Source: Camelus dromedarius (taxonomy: Eukaryota). Taken from it: a stretch of DNA of 64,000 nucleotides. Below, in pieces: positions 51,474 to 63,598 of the stretch. Where the stretch lies: assembly GCF_036321535.1 (NCBI RefSeq), contig NC_087439.1, positions 71,920,001-71,984,000 of the forward strand, written 5' to 3'. The notes under the pieces are model-generated. The model had not been told where the DNA came from, did no database searches, and saw only the letters and a program-made list of their open reading frames with translations. Both the position numbers and the translations under genes were made by a program. Each line of letters begins with the position of its first letter. Within the stretch, counting starts at the first letter, position 1.

Positions 51474-52249
51474 TCCCTAAAGGATGAAGATACAGTTATT
51501 TACTCCTCCTCAACCATGGCAAGTCCCTATCTTTCCCATTCCAGCCCAAAGGGGAGGACAGTCCTGAGTCTGATCAGAGCTGTGACTCAGGCTCTGCTTT
51601 ATGTGGTACTTCCAAGCTCCCTTCCCCTCAAGCTGCTATGCAGCAGAGGTAGGATTATCCTTTACTTCTGGGAGAGCTGGTGAGGAAATAGCCACCCAAG
51701 GGCTTTCCTGATGCTTGGGCTCCTTATAAGACCTACCTGCCTACTCAGTTTACCATAGAATTGGGAGCAGCCAGAGGGTGGGGTCACTCAATGTTACTGA
51801 GCTTAGTTTTGGCTTGAACTTTGTACTAATAGAACATTAGGACTGTCCTCATCCCTCAGATTCCTTCTTCACCCCAGCGGTCCCAAACCCTCAATTGTCC
51901 ACTGTCAACCGAGATCCTGTTGCCATATCACTAATATGTCCCCTACTCTGAGCCAATCCCCCACTCTTCCCATCCTTCTCCCATTGAGTCCTTTAAAATC
52001 CTCTCTTTTAATGTTCTCATCATTAAAAAAACAAAAACAAAAACAAGAATTCTCTGCCCCTAGAGGACCTACTTCCTCTGTCCCTTGTAGCCCTCTCAAG
52101 TAGTGACCGCTTTTCCTTCTACTCCTCACACACATCAGGGCCAGGGCTGGTGTCCTCTTTTCTCCCATCAAACGATTTTTCCTCCTTCCCTTTCCTAGGT
52201 CGTAGCCGATATGAACTGTAAGCCATCTGGACACACTATGTTTCCTTGT

Positions 52250-55030
52250 CTCCTCAACGTAGTCTGCTAAGGCTCTTCTAATCATCCATTATTAATGACA
52301 TTAGCTTTTGTTTTTATCATCTTTCTCTCTACACCTGCTCCACTCTTGCTGATGTTACTATTTATGGGGAAACTCATCTAATAATAATCATTCCTTAAAT
52401 ATCTCACCTCCATTAACTTTTCTCCCACCCCATCTCAGCCTGGAATCTTGGCATTATGGTCATTGAATGACCTCCAAAATTTTGAATTCAAGTATGAAAC
52501 TCTTTGACTACTGCCTCCAATCCTTCCAGCTCACTTACTCTAGTATGCCTATTAAAATAATCCCTTAACTTCGCTGAGATTTCCAATTTGTTAACTTCTG
52601 CTTTTTCACTATCCATCACCACCTTTATATAGTTATGTCCCTCCCCACCTGGCTTAGAGTCCATGGTCCACCATGGGAATCAATCACTTACAAACATCCT
52701 CAAGTCTCTTGCCCCTATCTCCCCGTATTATATTACGTGACTATTTCTCAACCCTCGCAGAGCCCAGTGATCTACTTTCTCAGCAGCACCTACACTGAAG
52801 CTGTTGAGTGCTACTGGGTAAAACTCACATAACTGGGATGACTAGTTTGCCATCCATGTTGTAATGATTATAATCTTCGAACAGGCTCTCTTTCCTTCCA
52901 GGTGATCCTGTCATGTTTCTATAGAAAGTTTGCCTTTCCAATTTCTCAAGAAAAGTAGTTCATACATTATCCTCCTTCCTCAAACCTCTCCCACCCCTTA
53001 TCTCCTTTACTCTTAGCCTCTGACCTTGCTTTAGACTTAATAGAGAAAGTAGAAGCCATTTAATCAGAATTTCCTCATTTTCCCTCTGTGAAATCTACCA
53101 CTTTACCTGAACTTAAATCTACCTTCTCTGTTTTACCTCCTGTCCCTGCTCTTGTCAAACAGAACTTCCTTGTGGTCCGACTCCAGTACCTTTTGCCTTC
53201 TCAAGCATTTCATTCCTGCAGTTGTCCCCCCTCTCCTGCATCATGAATCTCTACTACCTACTGGACCATTTCCATCAGCATAATCTGCTCTAATGACTCC
53301 CATCCTTAAACTCCTTTTTTTGACTTTGTATTACACCTCAACTACAGCCCCACTTCTCACCTCTTTACAATAAATCTTCTCTACAGAGTTGTGCCCAGTC
53401 TGCCATCTCATATTCACCCTTCAACCCACTTTTCTTTGGGCTTGCATCCTCATCACAGCATTGAAACTGCTGTGGTCAAGGTCACCAAGAACTCCTATAT
53501 TATCAGATCTAAAGGACCTTCAATCTCTTAGCAGCATTTGACATGAATGACACTTTACTTTCTTGGTTCCTGTAGCTTCATACTCTCTTCCTCCCCGGCT
53601 CTTCCTTCTAAGCCTGCACTCTAAGTACTGGAATCAGTGCTCCATCCTATTTCTCTTTATTTACCTGCCCATTACATAGGTGATTTCATCCAGTCCCATG
53701 GCTTTAAATGCTGATGTCTTCCAAATTCACACCTTTGGCACAGTACTTCATTCTTGTGCACCAGATTCATTCAATTGCTATTTGATCTCTTTACTTGGAT
53801 GTCTGTTAAACATCTCAATCTTAATAAACTAAAATACAGCTTCTGATCTCTCCCATAATTCACCATTTCAGTAAATGGAACCATCAATCAGTTCTTAAGT
53901 CAACAATTTAGAGGTAATCCTGCATTTTCCCCTTTCCCTTATTTCATGTGGCAGCTGTGAAAATGCACCTCTCAGATGTCTGATTACAGGGAGCATTATT
54001 GACTGATGTACCCCTGATGCTGTGCTCTGAAATCTATCACCATGTTCCAGGCTGTACCTCCCACCGACTGCTCCCAGCCAGTGACTGAGTATGGCAGGGA
54101 CACTAAGGCAGGCCCATTCCTGGGAGACATGGCTCATTTGATGGGGGACGTTGGCTTGAAAACTCCTCATTGGCTTTCCTAAAACTTTCTCAAACTGCAT
54201 CATATCCACAGCTTTTCCTACCCTACATTTCCTGCCCTCCACGAGAGCTGAATCTGCAGCTAGTCTACTGGCTCTTCCAGTCCCCTTCAAACCCCTCCCA
54301 ATTTTTTCCTCACAGGTGTCTCCTCCCATAAACCTTCTGCAGGTCTAATCTGATCTTGCTGTCACTTCTCAAAGAACCTGAACTAACACATTGTAGTTGC
54401 TCATCAGCAAATTGAAGGTCATTTTTATTTCCTAAATACATTTCTTGCACTCTTCCACTTTTCTCTTGCCATCACCACTTGATTAGAAGCTAGGCCATTT
54501 GTCCCCTGGATTCCTGCAACAGCCACCTACCTTCATTTTATGCCTCTCCAATCCATTCTCACTGCAGTAGCCAGAGTGATTTTTTTCAAAATAGTAAATC
54601 AATCATGCCATTTCCCTGCTTAGAACCTCTCGATGGCGTCCCACCATGCTTAGAGTAAAATTTAAACTCCTGCCCCTGCCACAAAATGCTTTAAAAGCTG
54701 GTCCTTGCCTCTCTTTTCAACTTCATCTCATATCACCTTCCCTCTTATCTCCATGCTCACCAAGCTCCAGACATACTAGCGTCCTTTCTCTTCCTACAAA
54801 TTATCAAGTCCTTTCCTGCCTCAGGGTCTTTCTACTTCTTCCTAAAATACTCTTCCCCCATCTCTTCAGAGCATAACTCATTCTCATCCTTAGTGCTCAA
54901 CTTAAATGTCCCCTCATCAGTGAGGCCTTCTCCACCCAAGTTATTGTCTCTACCTCAAATTATCCTATTTCCTCCCAAGTAGTTATCACTATCTGTAACT
55001 ATTTTGCTTAGTGTTTGTTTCTCTCTCTTG
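52250..55030 (+). mobile_element. Long degraded L2 LINE (interrupted by an LTR)
   Basis: Pyrimidine-rich L2 motifs (GAAACTGCTGTGGTCAAGGTCACCA, CAGTCCCATGGCTTTAAAT, CAGTAGCCAGAGTGAT). Confidence 0.65.
53947..54390 (+). mobile_element. ERVL (LTR16-like) solo LTR inserted in an old L2
   Basis: Starts TGTGGCAG and ends GAACCTGAACTAACACA, typical of LTR16-group ends; no clean TSD. Confidence 0.65.
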
Positions 55031-55034
55031 AACA

Positions 55035-55320
55035 GGACTAGGCAAATTCTGGACCATGGGTGGACAATTATTTTTGTATGGCACATATTCTAAGAACGGT
55101 TTTTACATATTTAAGTGTTTGAAAAAAGTTATTTACAGACTATTTCATGACACATGAAAATTATGTGAAATTCAACTTTCAGTATCCATAAATAAAGTCG
55201 AAACACAGTCACTCTCATTTATTGATGTATTAGGTATGGCTGCTTTAACACTACAACAGCAAAGTTGAGTAGCTATGTATGGCCCACAAAGCCCAAGATG
55301 TTTACAAAGTCTTCTGACTG
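55035..55320. mobile_element. MER58-like hAT-Charlie element
   Basis: GAAAATTATGTGAAATTCAACTTTCAGTATCCATAAATAAAG...TATGGCTGCTTT...TGGCCCACAAAGCC. Confidence 0.65.
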
Positions 55321-55979
55321 CTGCACTAGAATGGAAGTGCCTGAGATGCAGGGTCAGGGGCATTGATTGTCTTATACAGTCCTTCACTCCCAGGGCCTGG
55401 TCCATATCTAGTGCTCAATAATTACAGGTTGAACAAACCTCCCCTCTCTTCTGGGGCCATTAGTATCTGAGGGGGTAGGTGGACTTAACCTCTTATTGGC
55501 TTACTCCCTTCTAAGATCCAGTCAGAAAAATTAGGAACCAATTAGTATTGATTCTGGCAAAGTACCTTGCAAATAGGACTGTGTTTTATTCATTGAGAAA
55601 TACCTAGCAAAGTCCCTTGCACAAGGTGGGTGCAGCTGGAACCCGAAACAACTCTTGGGGTTACTGTTAAGAGGAAATTAGTGCATGCAGAGCATTTAGC
55701 AGAATGTCAGGTGTACAGAAATATTCGATAAATTTCAATACAGTTTGCTCCTGCCTCAATTTTCCTTTCTGTAATGGGAACGAAGGGTTGTCACATAGAC
55801 TAAGTTAAACAAGAATATTCTGTGTGAAACAGCTCTGTAAACCATAAACACTATCCAAATGGACTTATCCAAGTGCAGTATATTCATAACTCGGCCCTGA
55901 GCAGCCCAGTTTGGAGGGAAGAGCCCTCCTCACCTGTAGGTGAGACCTAACTCATTCTCTTACCACTTATTAGCTGACC

Positions 55980-56720
55980 CTGGACGATCGTGATTTCGGT
56001 GTTGTGTTACTTCATGTATAAAAGCAGCCTCTGGACGACAAGACCGTCCCTCTGGAATCCAGCCCGCGTCTCTCTGCGGGGCCTTCCCTTTTCCTGCAGG
56101 GAACGAGGCCACCAGACCTCTTGTCCTCCCGCCAGGCGAGCGGAGGCGGCCGGAGGGGCGGGACCAGCCCGGGATGGGGCGTGTCCGGGGCGGGGCCTCG
56201 CTTTCCAACCCGTCGCCTCCAGGCCGGGCGGGGCCGCACGGGGGCGCCCCTAGGGCCGCGCTGCTGCACGAGTTGTGGAGCCGCCGAGGAGGCGCTCACT
56301 TCCGCGTCGGGCCCCGCGGCGTCCGGCTGTCGCGCCGAGGGCCGGGCGGGTCGCAGGTCAGTCGGGGAGGCGGTCTATCCCGCCCCGCCCGTGCGGAGGA
56401 GCGGGGCGCCGGGTGGGCCGCGGGCCCGGGAGGCGGCGGGGCGCCCTCATGAAGAGCCCGGGCCTCGCTGACAACACGGGCGCCCCGGGGCTGCATACTC
56501 GGGCTTCGGGCGGATTTGGGGTCCCCCGGCCGCCGGGAGATCCCGGCGGGGCTTTGTGGTGTCCCAGCCCCTCCCTTTTCGCCCCGCGTCGTGGGAGGAA
56601 TGCGAGTCCCTTGAGCCACGATTCTCAAAGTGGGGTCTGCGGGTGAACTCCGACCCCTTAGATTTTCTGAACCAACCTCTGTGTCGTGGTCCGGGAATGT
56701 GCATTTTCAGCAAGTGTCCC
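55980..56720 (+). promoter_or_regulatory. KCTD18: KCTD18 CpG-island promoter and probable non-coding exon 1
   Basis: Very dense CpG; several GGGCGG boxes; ETS/GABP motif CACTTCCG 56297-56304; donor candidate CAG|GTCAGT at 56356/56357. Confidence 0.78.
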
Positions 56721-56999
56721 TGATGGTTTTAATGCTGGTGGCCACAGGACCGCACGCTGGGGACACTTCCCCAGAGGGCAGGGCACTTCGAACACAGCAG
56801 GGAGTCTGAGTGGGTGCATTTGAGGATGGGGCCCCATGATTGGCCTTGAAATAAATGGTCATGGTCCTCTGCCTTAGGGCTATCTCTTCAATCTTTGAAC
56901 CTGTTCCTATTGCCACCAACAGGGGTCTTCAGATGGACAGATACTTAGTGATGTGCCCAGGTCAGGAGCCTTAGGGGTGCAACAGTACTGAAGGAGGCA

Positions 57000-57240
57000 G
57001 TGTGGGGTGCAGCTGGAAGAACTTGGAGTTGGCCCTGCTGACTGGGTTGGGAGTGACTCCACCATTTAGGACAGCCGTTGTGTGGACCCTGCACATATCA
57101 CTGTTTTCTTTCTCCGGTGTCCTCACCTGTCAGTAGGGACAGTAATTCTCATCCAATAGGGCTTTTGTGTGAATTAAGTAATGTCTGCCATGTGTCTCCT
57201 ATGGCTGCACACATAGTGAGCACTCAGTAAATGGGAATTG
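57000..57240 (+). mobile_element. MIR SINE
   Basis: TCCTCACCTGTCAGTAGGG...CACATAGTGAGCACTCAGTAAATG. Confidence 0.6.
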
Positions 57241-58835
57241 CTAAGGGTGATACAGGCCCTGCCTTCCTGCAGCTTACAGCCCCCCAAACTAGGGATTAGT
57301 CAAGTGAGATAATATGTGGACAGGGGTACGAAGTGTATCTGGAGAACTCTGCAAGGATTCTAACTAGGGGGTGCTTGGGAAGGTCATGCAAGCAGTGAAG
57401 GTTTGCCTGCAGCTTTGAAGAACAGACAGAAATCCAGGGAGCTGATAACCAGGGCAGTGTGAACCCATCCATCCCAGGGCTCAGCGGTGGCTCTTTCTCA
57501 TGAATCGTTGCAGGGCTGCTCCTGGGACTTGTAGGCAGTGTAGGAAGTCACACTGATAGGTGGATTTTGAAGGTTGAACTGTTGGCCCATAATAGTTTCT
57601 GTCCATTGATCATGTTTCACACACGTGGTATCCCTCAGACTCTAATGGCCTCCTTCCCTTATTTCACTGGAAATTGGCTAAATGGGAGCATCTATGAAAG
57701 GATCATAGTTGAGCACACTGAGTGAGTGACCACAGAGGTTGAGCCTATTGGCAGCCATTTTACACTTGCTCTGAAATGTGCAGTTACGTGGAGAGTAACT
57801 TTTTCGTCATGCTATTGTTTTAGGTTCCATAAAACGCCACGGTCACCCGTGGTTTCATCTGTCTCCAGAATAGATTAAGAAATCAGATCCTTTAAATTTC
57901 CCTAAACCTTCAGCCGTTTCAGAGGGAAGAAGCCAGATGAGTTAGAGGTGTCATTTGTTGTCCTTCTGGACCAGTATGGCTATTGGTGTACATGGAATTC
58001 TGATCTCAGTTGATAAATTATGTATTCCTTAGTTACCTGACTTAAGAATTACAATTACCATTACAATTACAATTAATAATTTCTGGCTCTTAATGTTTCC
58101 TTAAATCTCCAGAGCCAATCTAAAGGCCCTCGCTATATACCTTCTGGTAAAATTTTGTATCGTTATAGATAATATTTATCACTTGTTGATTCCTTATTCT
58201 GAGCCAGACTGTTCTGTATGCTTTTTATATGTTCTATCAATTATTCCTCTGATAGTCCTTTGAAGTAGGCATCTTCCCTACCCCATCTTAGAGATGGGGA
58301 AACAGGCAGAGCAAGATAAGTATTTGCCCAAGGTCCCAAGTTGGTAATTGGTAGAGCTTAGTACCCCAATTCTATGCTACGTGCTGATCCCCTCTGCAAG
58401 TCTACACAGCTCCCTTAGACTTACTGTAGTTTAAAAAGATATGTGAATATTGAAAATCATAAGCACACCTCACCTTTGCTTTATATGTAATAGACAGTGC
58501 ATTGTCTTGTTTAATTCTTAAAACAGTCATTTCAGCAGCTCTGATTTGGTTGATAATAGTTTATTATCGTTTACAAATCTTCTGAGCCATAGTTTTCTGG
58601 CTTCTCAGCATATCTCAAACTTCTTTTGTATTACATAAAATCCTTCAATTCAGTATTGCCAGTGCTGAGGAATTTGTTTTAAATCATATTAAAATGTATT
58701 TATTATCTAATTGGTGTATTATTGGAAATGTCAGTGGTGATTGTCCTTTGTTTTTACAGAGGGGGACTGGGACTACCATTGTCTTGCAGTTTTTGAAAGT
58801 GTTTCAAAGCAAAAATTCACGTGTCAGAGAGAGCG

Positions 58836-58995
58836 ATGGAAGGTCCTAAGGCCGAAGAAGAGGTGTTAGATATTCTTCGACTGAACGTGGGAGGCTGTAT
58901 TTACACAGCCAGGCGTGAGTCCTTGTGCCGCTTTAAGGATTCGATGTTGGCATCCATGTTCAGCGGTCGTTTTCCCGTAAAAACAGATGAATCAG
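58836..58995 (+). CDS. KCTD18: KCTD18 first coding exon ([53 protein letters not shown]), BTB/T1 domain start
   Basis: LNVGG...SML..MFSG BTB signature; acceptor TTTTTACAG at 58759; ATG at 58836; donor CAG|GTAAAT. Confidence 0.96.
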
Positions 58996-59319
58996 GTAAA
59001 TATCTAAAGTCTGTGATTATGAATATTCATTAAAATAAGAAGCTAGTTTAAATTCCCTTTAATTTTTCTAATTACAACAGAATGTGTTAGCTTAGTATAC
59101 CAATTACTGAGATCATTAGGACTGTATGGAGATTCATTAAGTACACGGAGAACTTAAATACCCATTTCCAGAATCTGTGATGCTGTTGCTAAAAGTTGAT
59201 GAAAAAAGTGAATGTATGTAAAGGCCAACCATGACCTAATCATGGGGATTATATTTTGAAAGTTGTTACATTCATAAAACTCAATGGGGAAAGGTATTGT
59301 GGCTGATTAAATATATTAG

Positions 59320-59689
59320 CTTCTGTTTTCTTAAAGTTAAGAAATATATTTCTCTGGAGAAGGCAGCTGCCGTCATGGTCGACAGGACGGTCACTGGCAG
59401 TGTAGAATTTGAGTTAAACTTGCACGTGGTCCAGCTGCGGAGCCTTGTGTGGGCTGACATGTATGCCTGAGGAAACGTCAATGACTTTATACTGTCCATC
59501 ACCCACTTCTGTTTTCTTAAAGTTAAGAAATATATTTCTCTGGAGAAGGCAGCTGCCGTCATGGTCGACAGGACGGTCACTGGCAGTGTAGAATTCGAGT
59601 TAAACTTGCACGTGGTCCAGCTGCGGAGCCTTGTGTGGGCTGACATGTATGCCTGAGGAAACGTCAATGACTTTATACTGTCCACCACC
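59320..59689. repeat. Head-to-tail tandem duplication, 2 x 186 bp
   Basis: Copies start at 59320 and 59506 (CTTCTGTTTTCTTAAAG...); I see only two internal substitutions (GAATTTGAG/GAATTCGAG, CCATC/CCACC). Confidence 0.95.
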
Positions 59690-60849
59690 AATTCTAAAAT
59701 TGGTGTTTTAGAAGAAACCGTAAATCACAAGGGTTAGAGTCCTGGGGCCGCTCTCCGGTTTAAGTGCTCCAGGGTTCATTGAATTTACTACTGGTTGTAA
59801 AGAAAGTTCAGCAATGCAAGTAACGTTTTTTTTGCACATCTTAGGGGCTCGTGGAACCCACTCTTGCATCTGTGTTAGAAGAGAGGGCTTGAGGAGCTCT
59901 GAGCAGAAGGGGCTGGTAGTAACCCTGGGTCTTGAGAGATTGCTTTGTGAGCTGAATGGCAGTTGAAAGAATGGGAAACTCATTGATGGCGGGTGCCCAG
60001 GACATGATGTCCATTGGGGTAGAAAGGTTGCTGGGGAGAAGATGGTAAGCAGAGATTGAGTTGTTTCTTCAATCCCCAGGTTTTGCCTTCTTAATCCCTT
60101 CTTTTCTAAACCAATCAAAGTAGAAAAGGAAATATTGAGTAACCCCACACAGAAGTGTTTTTTAAAATTCTGCTGAATTGTCTAAGAGAAGTCTGTTATC
60201 ATAAAATAGTACCAGCATAGCATTTCTTTTTAAAAGTTTAATACACAGGGACTAACCTAGTAAGTCCAAATACACAGCACGCCCAGAGCTAGGAACCCTG
60301 GGTGTGTATGTCGGCAACACTACAAGTTAATTCATGGGCTCGCTGACACACAAATGCTGGACGTAGTAGTGAGCACCCCACATGTCCTCATCAGGGAGGA
60401 ACCCCATGCACCTTTCCTGGCCCAGCTGGGAGGAGTTAGGGGTACGCTCCCATTTCTACCGGCAGTCTGAGGTCTTCATGACTTTCACGGTGCCCATATT
60501 GGGAATATGGTCATTGCAGCTCAAATTCCAAATGGAGCCGAGTACATTTTCCACCAGAGTAGTGAGAATACAAAGGATCGCCAAGTTTGACTAAACCTAT
60601 TTGAACACTAGATGTTAACTTTCTTGTGAGAAAGAAACATTTCTAACTATAGAGATCTTCAGTCTAATTTTAGTCTGACATGTTGAAGTTTTATTGATGG
60701 TCAATATGTATCCGTGCAGTCTTTTTTTTTTTTTGTTTTTGTATCTACAGAACCTACTCAATTTTTATTTTTAATTTTTTTTCCAGTTTTATTATGTAGA
60801 ATTATTATAGTTCGACTGTGCAGTCATTTTTGAACTGAATGTTTTCTAG

Positions 60850-61061
60850 GGGCTTGTGTTATTGACCGTGATGGACATCTGTTTAAATACCTGTTGGATT
60901 ATCTTCATGGAGAGGTTCACATTCCCACAGACGAGCAAACCCGTGTGGCTCTGCAGGAGGAGGCAGATTACTTTGGCATCCCTTATCCGTACAGCCTGTC
61001 TGACCACTTGGCCAATGAGATGGAGACATATTCTTTAAGGTCAAATATAGAACTTAAAAAG
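60850..61061 (+). CDS. KCTD18: KCTD18 second coding exon (GACVIDRDGHLFKYLLDYLHG...RSNIELKK)
   Basis: 212 nt; IDRDG..F.Y.LDYL BTB motif; acceptor TTTTCTAG; weak donor AAG|GTCTTG, required by frame with the next exon. Confidence 0.94.
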
Positions 61062-61442
61062 GTCTTGGCATTTTCTTAAGTTTTAAAATATATATATGAG
61101 AATACATATTTATACATTTATTATTCACAAAGCAATGTGTTATTTTATATAGCCCATGTTGTAGATAAACCAAAATGAGACTGTTTTCTTCTTATAATTT
61201 TTGAAACTGTGTTTCTTAATTACTACTACTCATTTTTAAGGCCAAACTTCTATTCTAGGAAAGTGTACTACAATGCCACTCAAAGATTTACCGAGTTTTT
61301 ATTCCTCATTGAAGATTTAACACTTTTTGATGGCTTTTTAAAAAATAGAACTCTCCTGCTCTTGAATTGCTTTTTAAATTAAGAGCAGTACAGTAGTTTG
61401 TGAGGGTATAGTGGTATTAATTTGTTTACTGACGTGTTATTT

Positions 61443-61540
61443 CATTTATTTATTTATTTTTAATGGAGGTACCGGTGACTGAACCCAGGACCTTGTGTGT
61501 GCTAAGTATGTGCTCTACCACTGAGCTATAACCATCCGCC
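61443..61540 (-). mobile_element. tRNA-Ala-derived SINE, short or truncated tail
   Basis: A box TAGCTCAGTGG, B-box-like GGTTCAGTC, (AAAT)n tail; diverged 14-bp TSD CTGACGTGTTATTT / CTGAGGTGATATTT. Confidence 0.85.
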
Positions 61541-61650
61541 CTGAGGTGATATTTTAAAAGGACGGTCATGATAAATGAAGGAGTATATAAAATCTCTTAC
61601 CTGATTTAGTGAGTGTAGCAGTTTGTTACTAAGTTAAAACATCAGTTTGA

Positions 61651-61796
61651 AGGGGGAGTGTATATAGCTCAAGTGGTAAAGTGCGTGGTTAGCATGCACA
61701 GGGTCCTGGGTTCAATCCCCAGTACTTCCATTAAAAAAATAAATAAACCTAATTACCTCCCCCCTAAACAAATTTTTAAAAATTTTTTAAAAAACT
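61651..61796 (+). mobile_element. tRNA-Ala-derived SINE (Vic-1-like), full length
   Basis: A box TAGCTCAAGTGG, B box GGTTCAATCCC, same tail as 5414-5576; exact 11-bp TSD CATCAGTTTGA (61640-61650 and 61797-61807). Confidence 0.92.
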
Positions 61797-63404
61797 CATC
61801 AGTTTGATTAATTCACCTTGAGATCAGTAAATCTTTTTTTTAAGATTCTTCTATTTTAAATCACATTTTGAAGATCTTTATATGACTTGAACAGCTTCAT
61901 CTGTTTTTGTCTTATTGGTAAATATTTTATTTGCTATTACTTGGCATTTTTGGGCATCTAAAAAATAGTTTTCCTAGATAACTGTTAATAGTGAAAACTG
62001 TTCTGAATTGGTTTGAATTCTTTGATTTGGATGTCAGTGTTTAGGAGAGCAAGCTGACCGTATGGTTATCAGGAGCATGAAGAGACAGTTGATTTGGTTC
62101 CAGATCCTCTTTGGGAATTTGCATGGCCGTATGGGTTCTGTTAGTGGAGTTATTTATAAACTGAGCTGTCAGTCTTTTGGTGCTGTTGTACACGTATGCA
62201 GAATGGGGCTAAAAAAGCCTTACTGGAAAGTTGGGGTGGGTTAACATTCATCTTTATAGTCTTTAATTCCTGGTTTGTATGCAGAAAGGACATAGCATGC
62301 GTACATTCATTCTGCCAGCAGACGCATTTATTTCAAATGTTTTTGGCATATAGGACACTGTTCTAGGGCACACAGAAATATGACATACAGTTTTTGCCCT
62401 TGAACAGTTTGTAATGCAGTTGAGAATTTTCATAAATGTGCAAGTGAAGTTTAAAACCAATAGGGGAGTTAGGTAGCAATAGTAAATGAAAATGTAATCC
62501 ATGTTAGGGTCCTCTTTTCCTTCACTGAGTCAGTAAATATTATGCCTCTCCTTTGGCTCAGGCACTTTTCTAGGCACTTAGGATACAAAATGAAACAGAC
62601 AAAAGTGCTTGTCCTCAGAGCGCCCACAGCAACAATGCTGATGCTCCCAGGGAAGGCCTGTGCCACCCCACGGGGTGAAGCCCTCTTGCTCTGTGCCCCT
62701 TAGCGCCTCATAGGCTCACCTGGTAGCACCTGTTACACTGTGTGCTGATGTTTATTTAATGTCTGCCTTCTGCATCAGCTATAAACTCTAGGAGGGCTGG
62801 GACCCTGTCTTCTGCTCATCATTCTGTCTGCCCAGACAGGGACCTTAGATAGTGCTCAGCACCTAGGTACTTAATATTAGGATGAGGAATGAGTAGATGG
62901 ATAAAGGCCAAATGAGTTCAGACAATGTGCATTGAGTTCATATATTCATATCTTTCAGTGTAGAAGAACATGTTAATCTGGTTAATCCAGGATTGGATTT
63001 GGAGTTAAGAATAAGCATCAACCGTGGGGCTAGTTAGTAGAAAGTAAAAGGGACGCTGAGTCAAGTAGGAAATTTGGGGGAAAACAAAGGTTATATAAAG
63101 ATTTAAAAATGATGTTGGTATTGAGTCCAAAGGAGAAGGAAAGGAATATAATTTGTATGCAGAAAAGAACTCTCTAGATGAAAAGGTGTTGGGTTTTCGG
63201 GTGGTGATTTGCCCCCCATGCAATAACCCAAATTCAACAATTGGCTTGGTTTTTAAAGGCACAAAAAGTAGGCTGAAATATATAATCTTTTTATTTCCCT
63301 TATGACCAACTGAAGTTGCAACTTCACATGAAAGTAATAGAACAAATTCAGTTTTACTTTACTCCAGAATTAAATTAAAATTTTATATATTTTTTTTGCT
63401 CCAG

Positions 63405-63598
63405 GCTTTAACAGACTTCTGTGATTCGTATGGTTTAGTTTGCAGTAAACCAACAGTTTGGGTTCTGCACTATCTCAGCACGTCTGGTGCGAGCTGTGAG
63501 AGTAGAATTATTGGGGTGTTTTCCACCAAAACCGACGGAACAGATGCCATTGATAAGCAGCTGGGGGGAAGAATTCATAGCAAAAGCATTTTTAAAAG
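63405..63598 (+). CDS. KCTD18: KCTD18 third coding exon (ALTDFCDSYGLVCSKPTVWVLHYL...IHSKSIFK); the gene continues beyond the window
   Basis: 194 nt; acceptor TTTTTTTGCTCCAG; donor AAG|GTATGT. Confidence 0.95.

Noticed and set aside
55960-56713. Many overlapping 80-120 aa ORFs in the KCTD18 island (likewise at 42520-43099)
   Set aside because: Expected from high GC content; Arg/Gly/Pro/Ala-rich with no recognisable domain.
59320-59689. Direct repeats as a CRISPR-like array (also the 51-bp repeats at 51374-51473)
   Set aside because: Eukaryotic context, no unique spacers and only two units.
59281-59691. 136-aa minus ORF with an internal 62-aa repeat
   Set aside because: A by-product of the 186-bp (multiple of 3) DNA duplication; no ATG start at the annotated beginning and no homology recognised.
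61652-61730. Sequence closely resembling a tRNA-Ala(AGC) gene (also 5495-5576 and 61465-61540)
   Set aside because: Disrupted acceptor stems, shared non-tRNA tails, A-rich ends and TSDs show these are SINEs.
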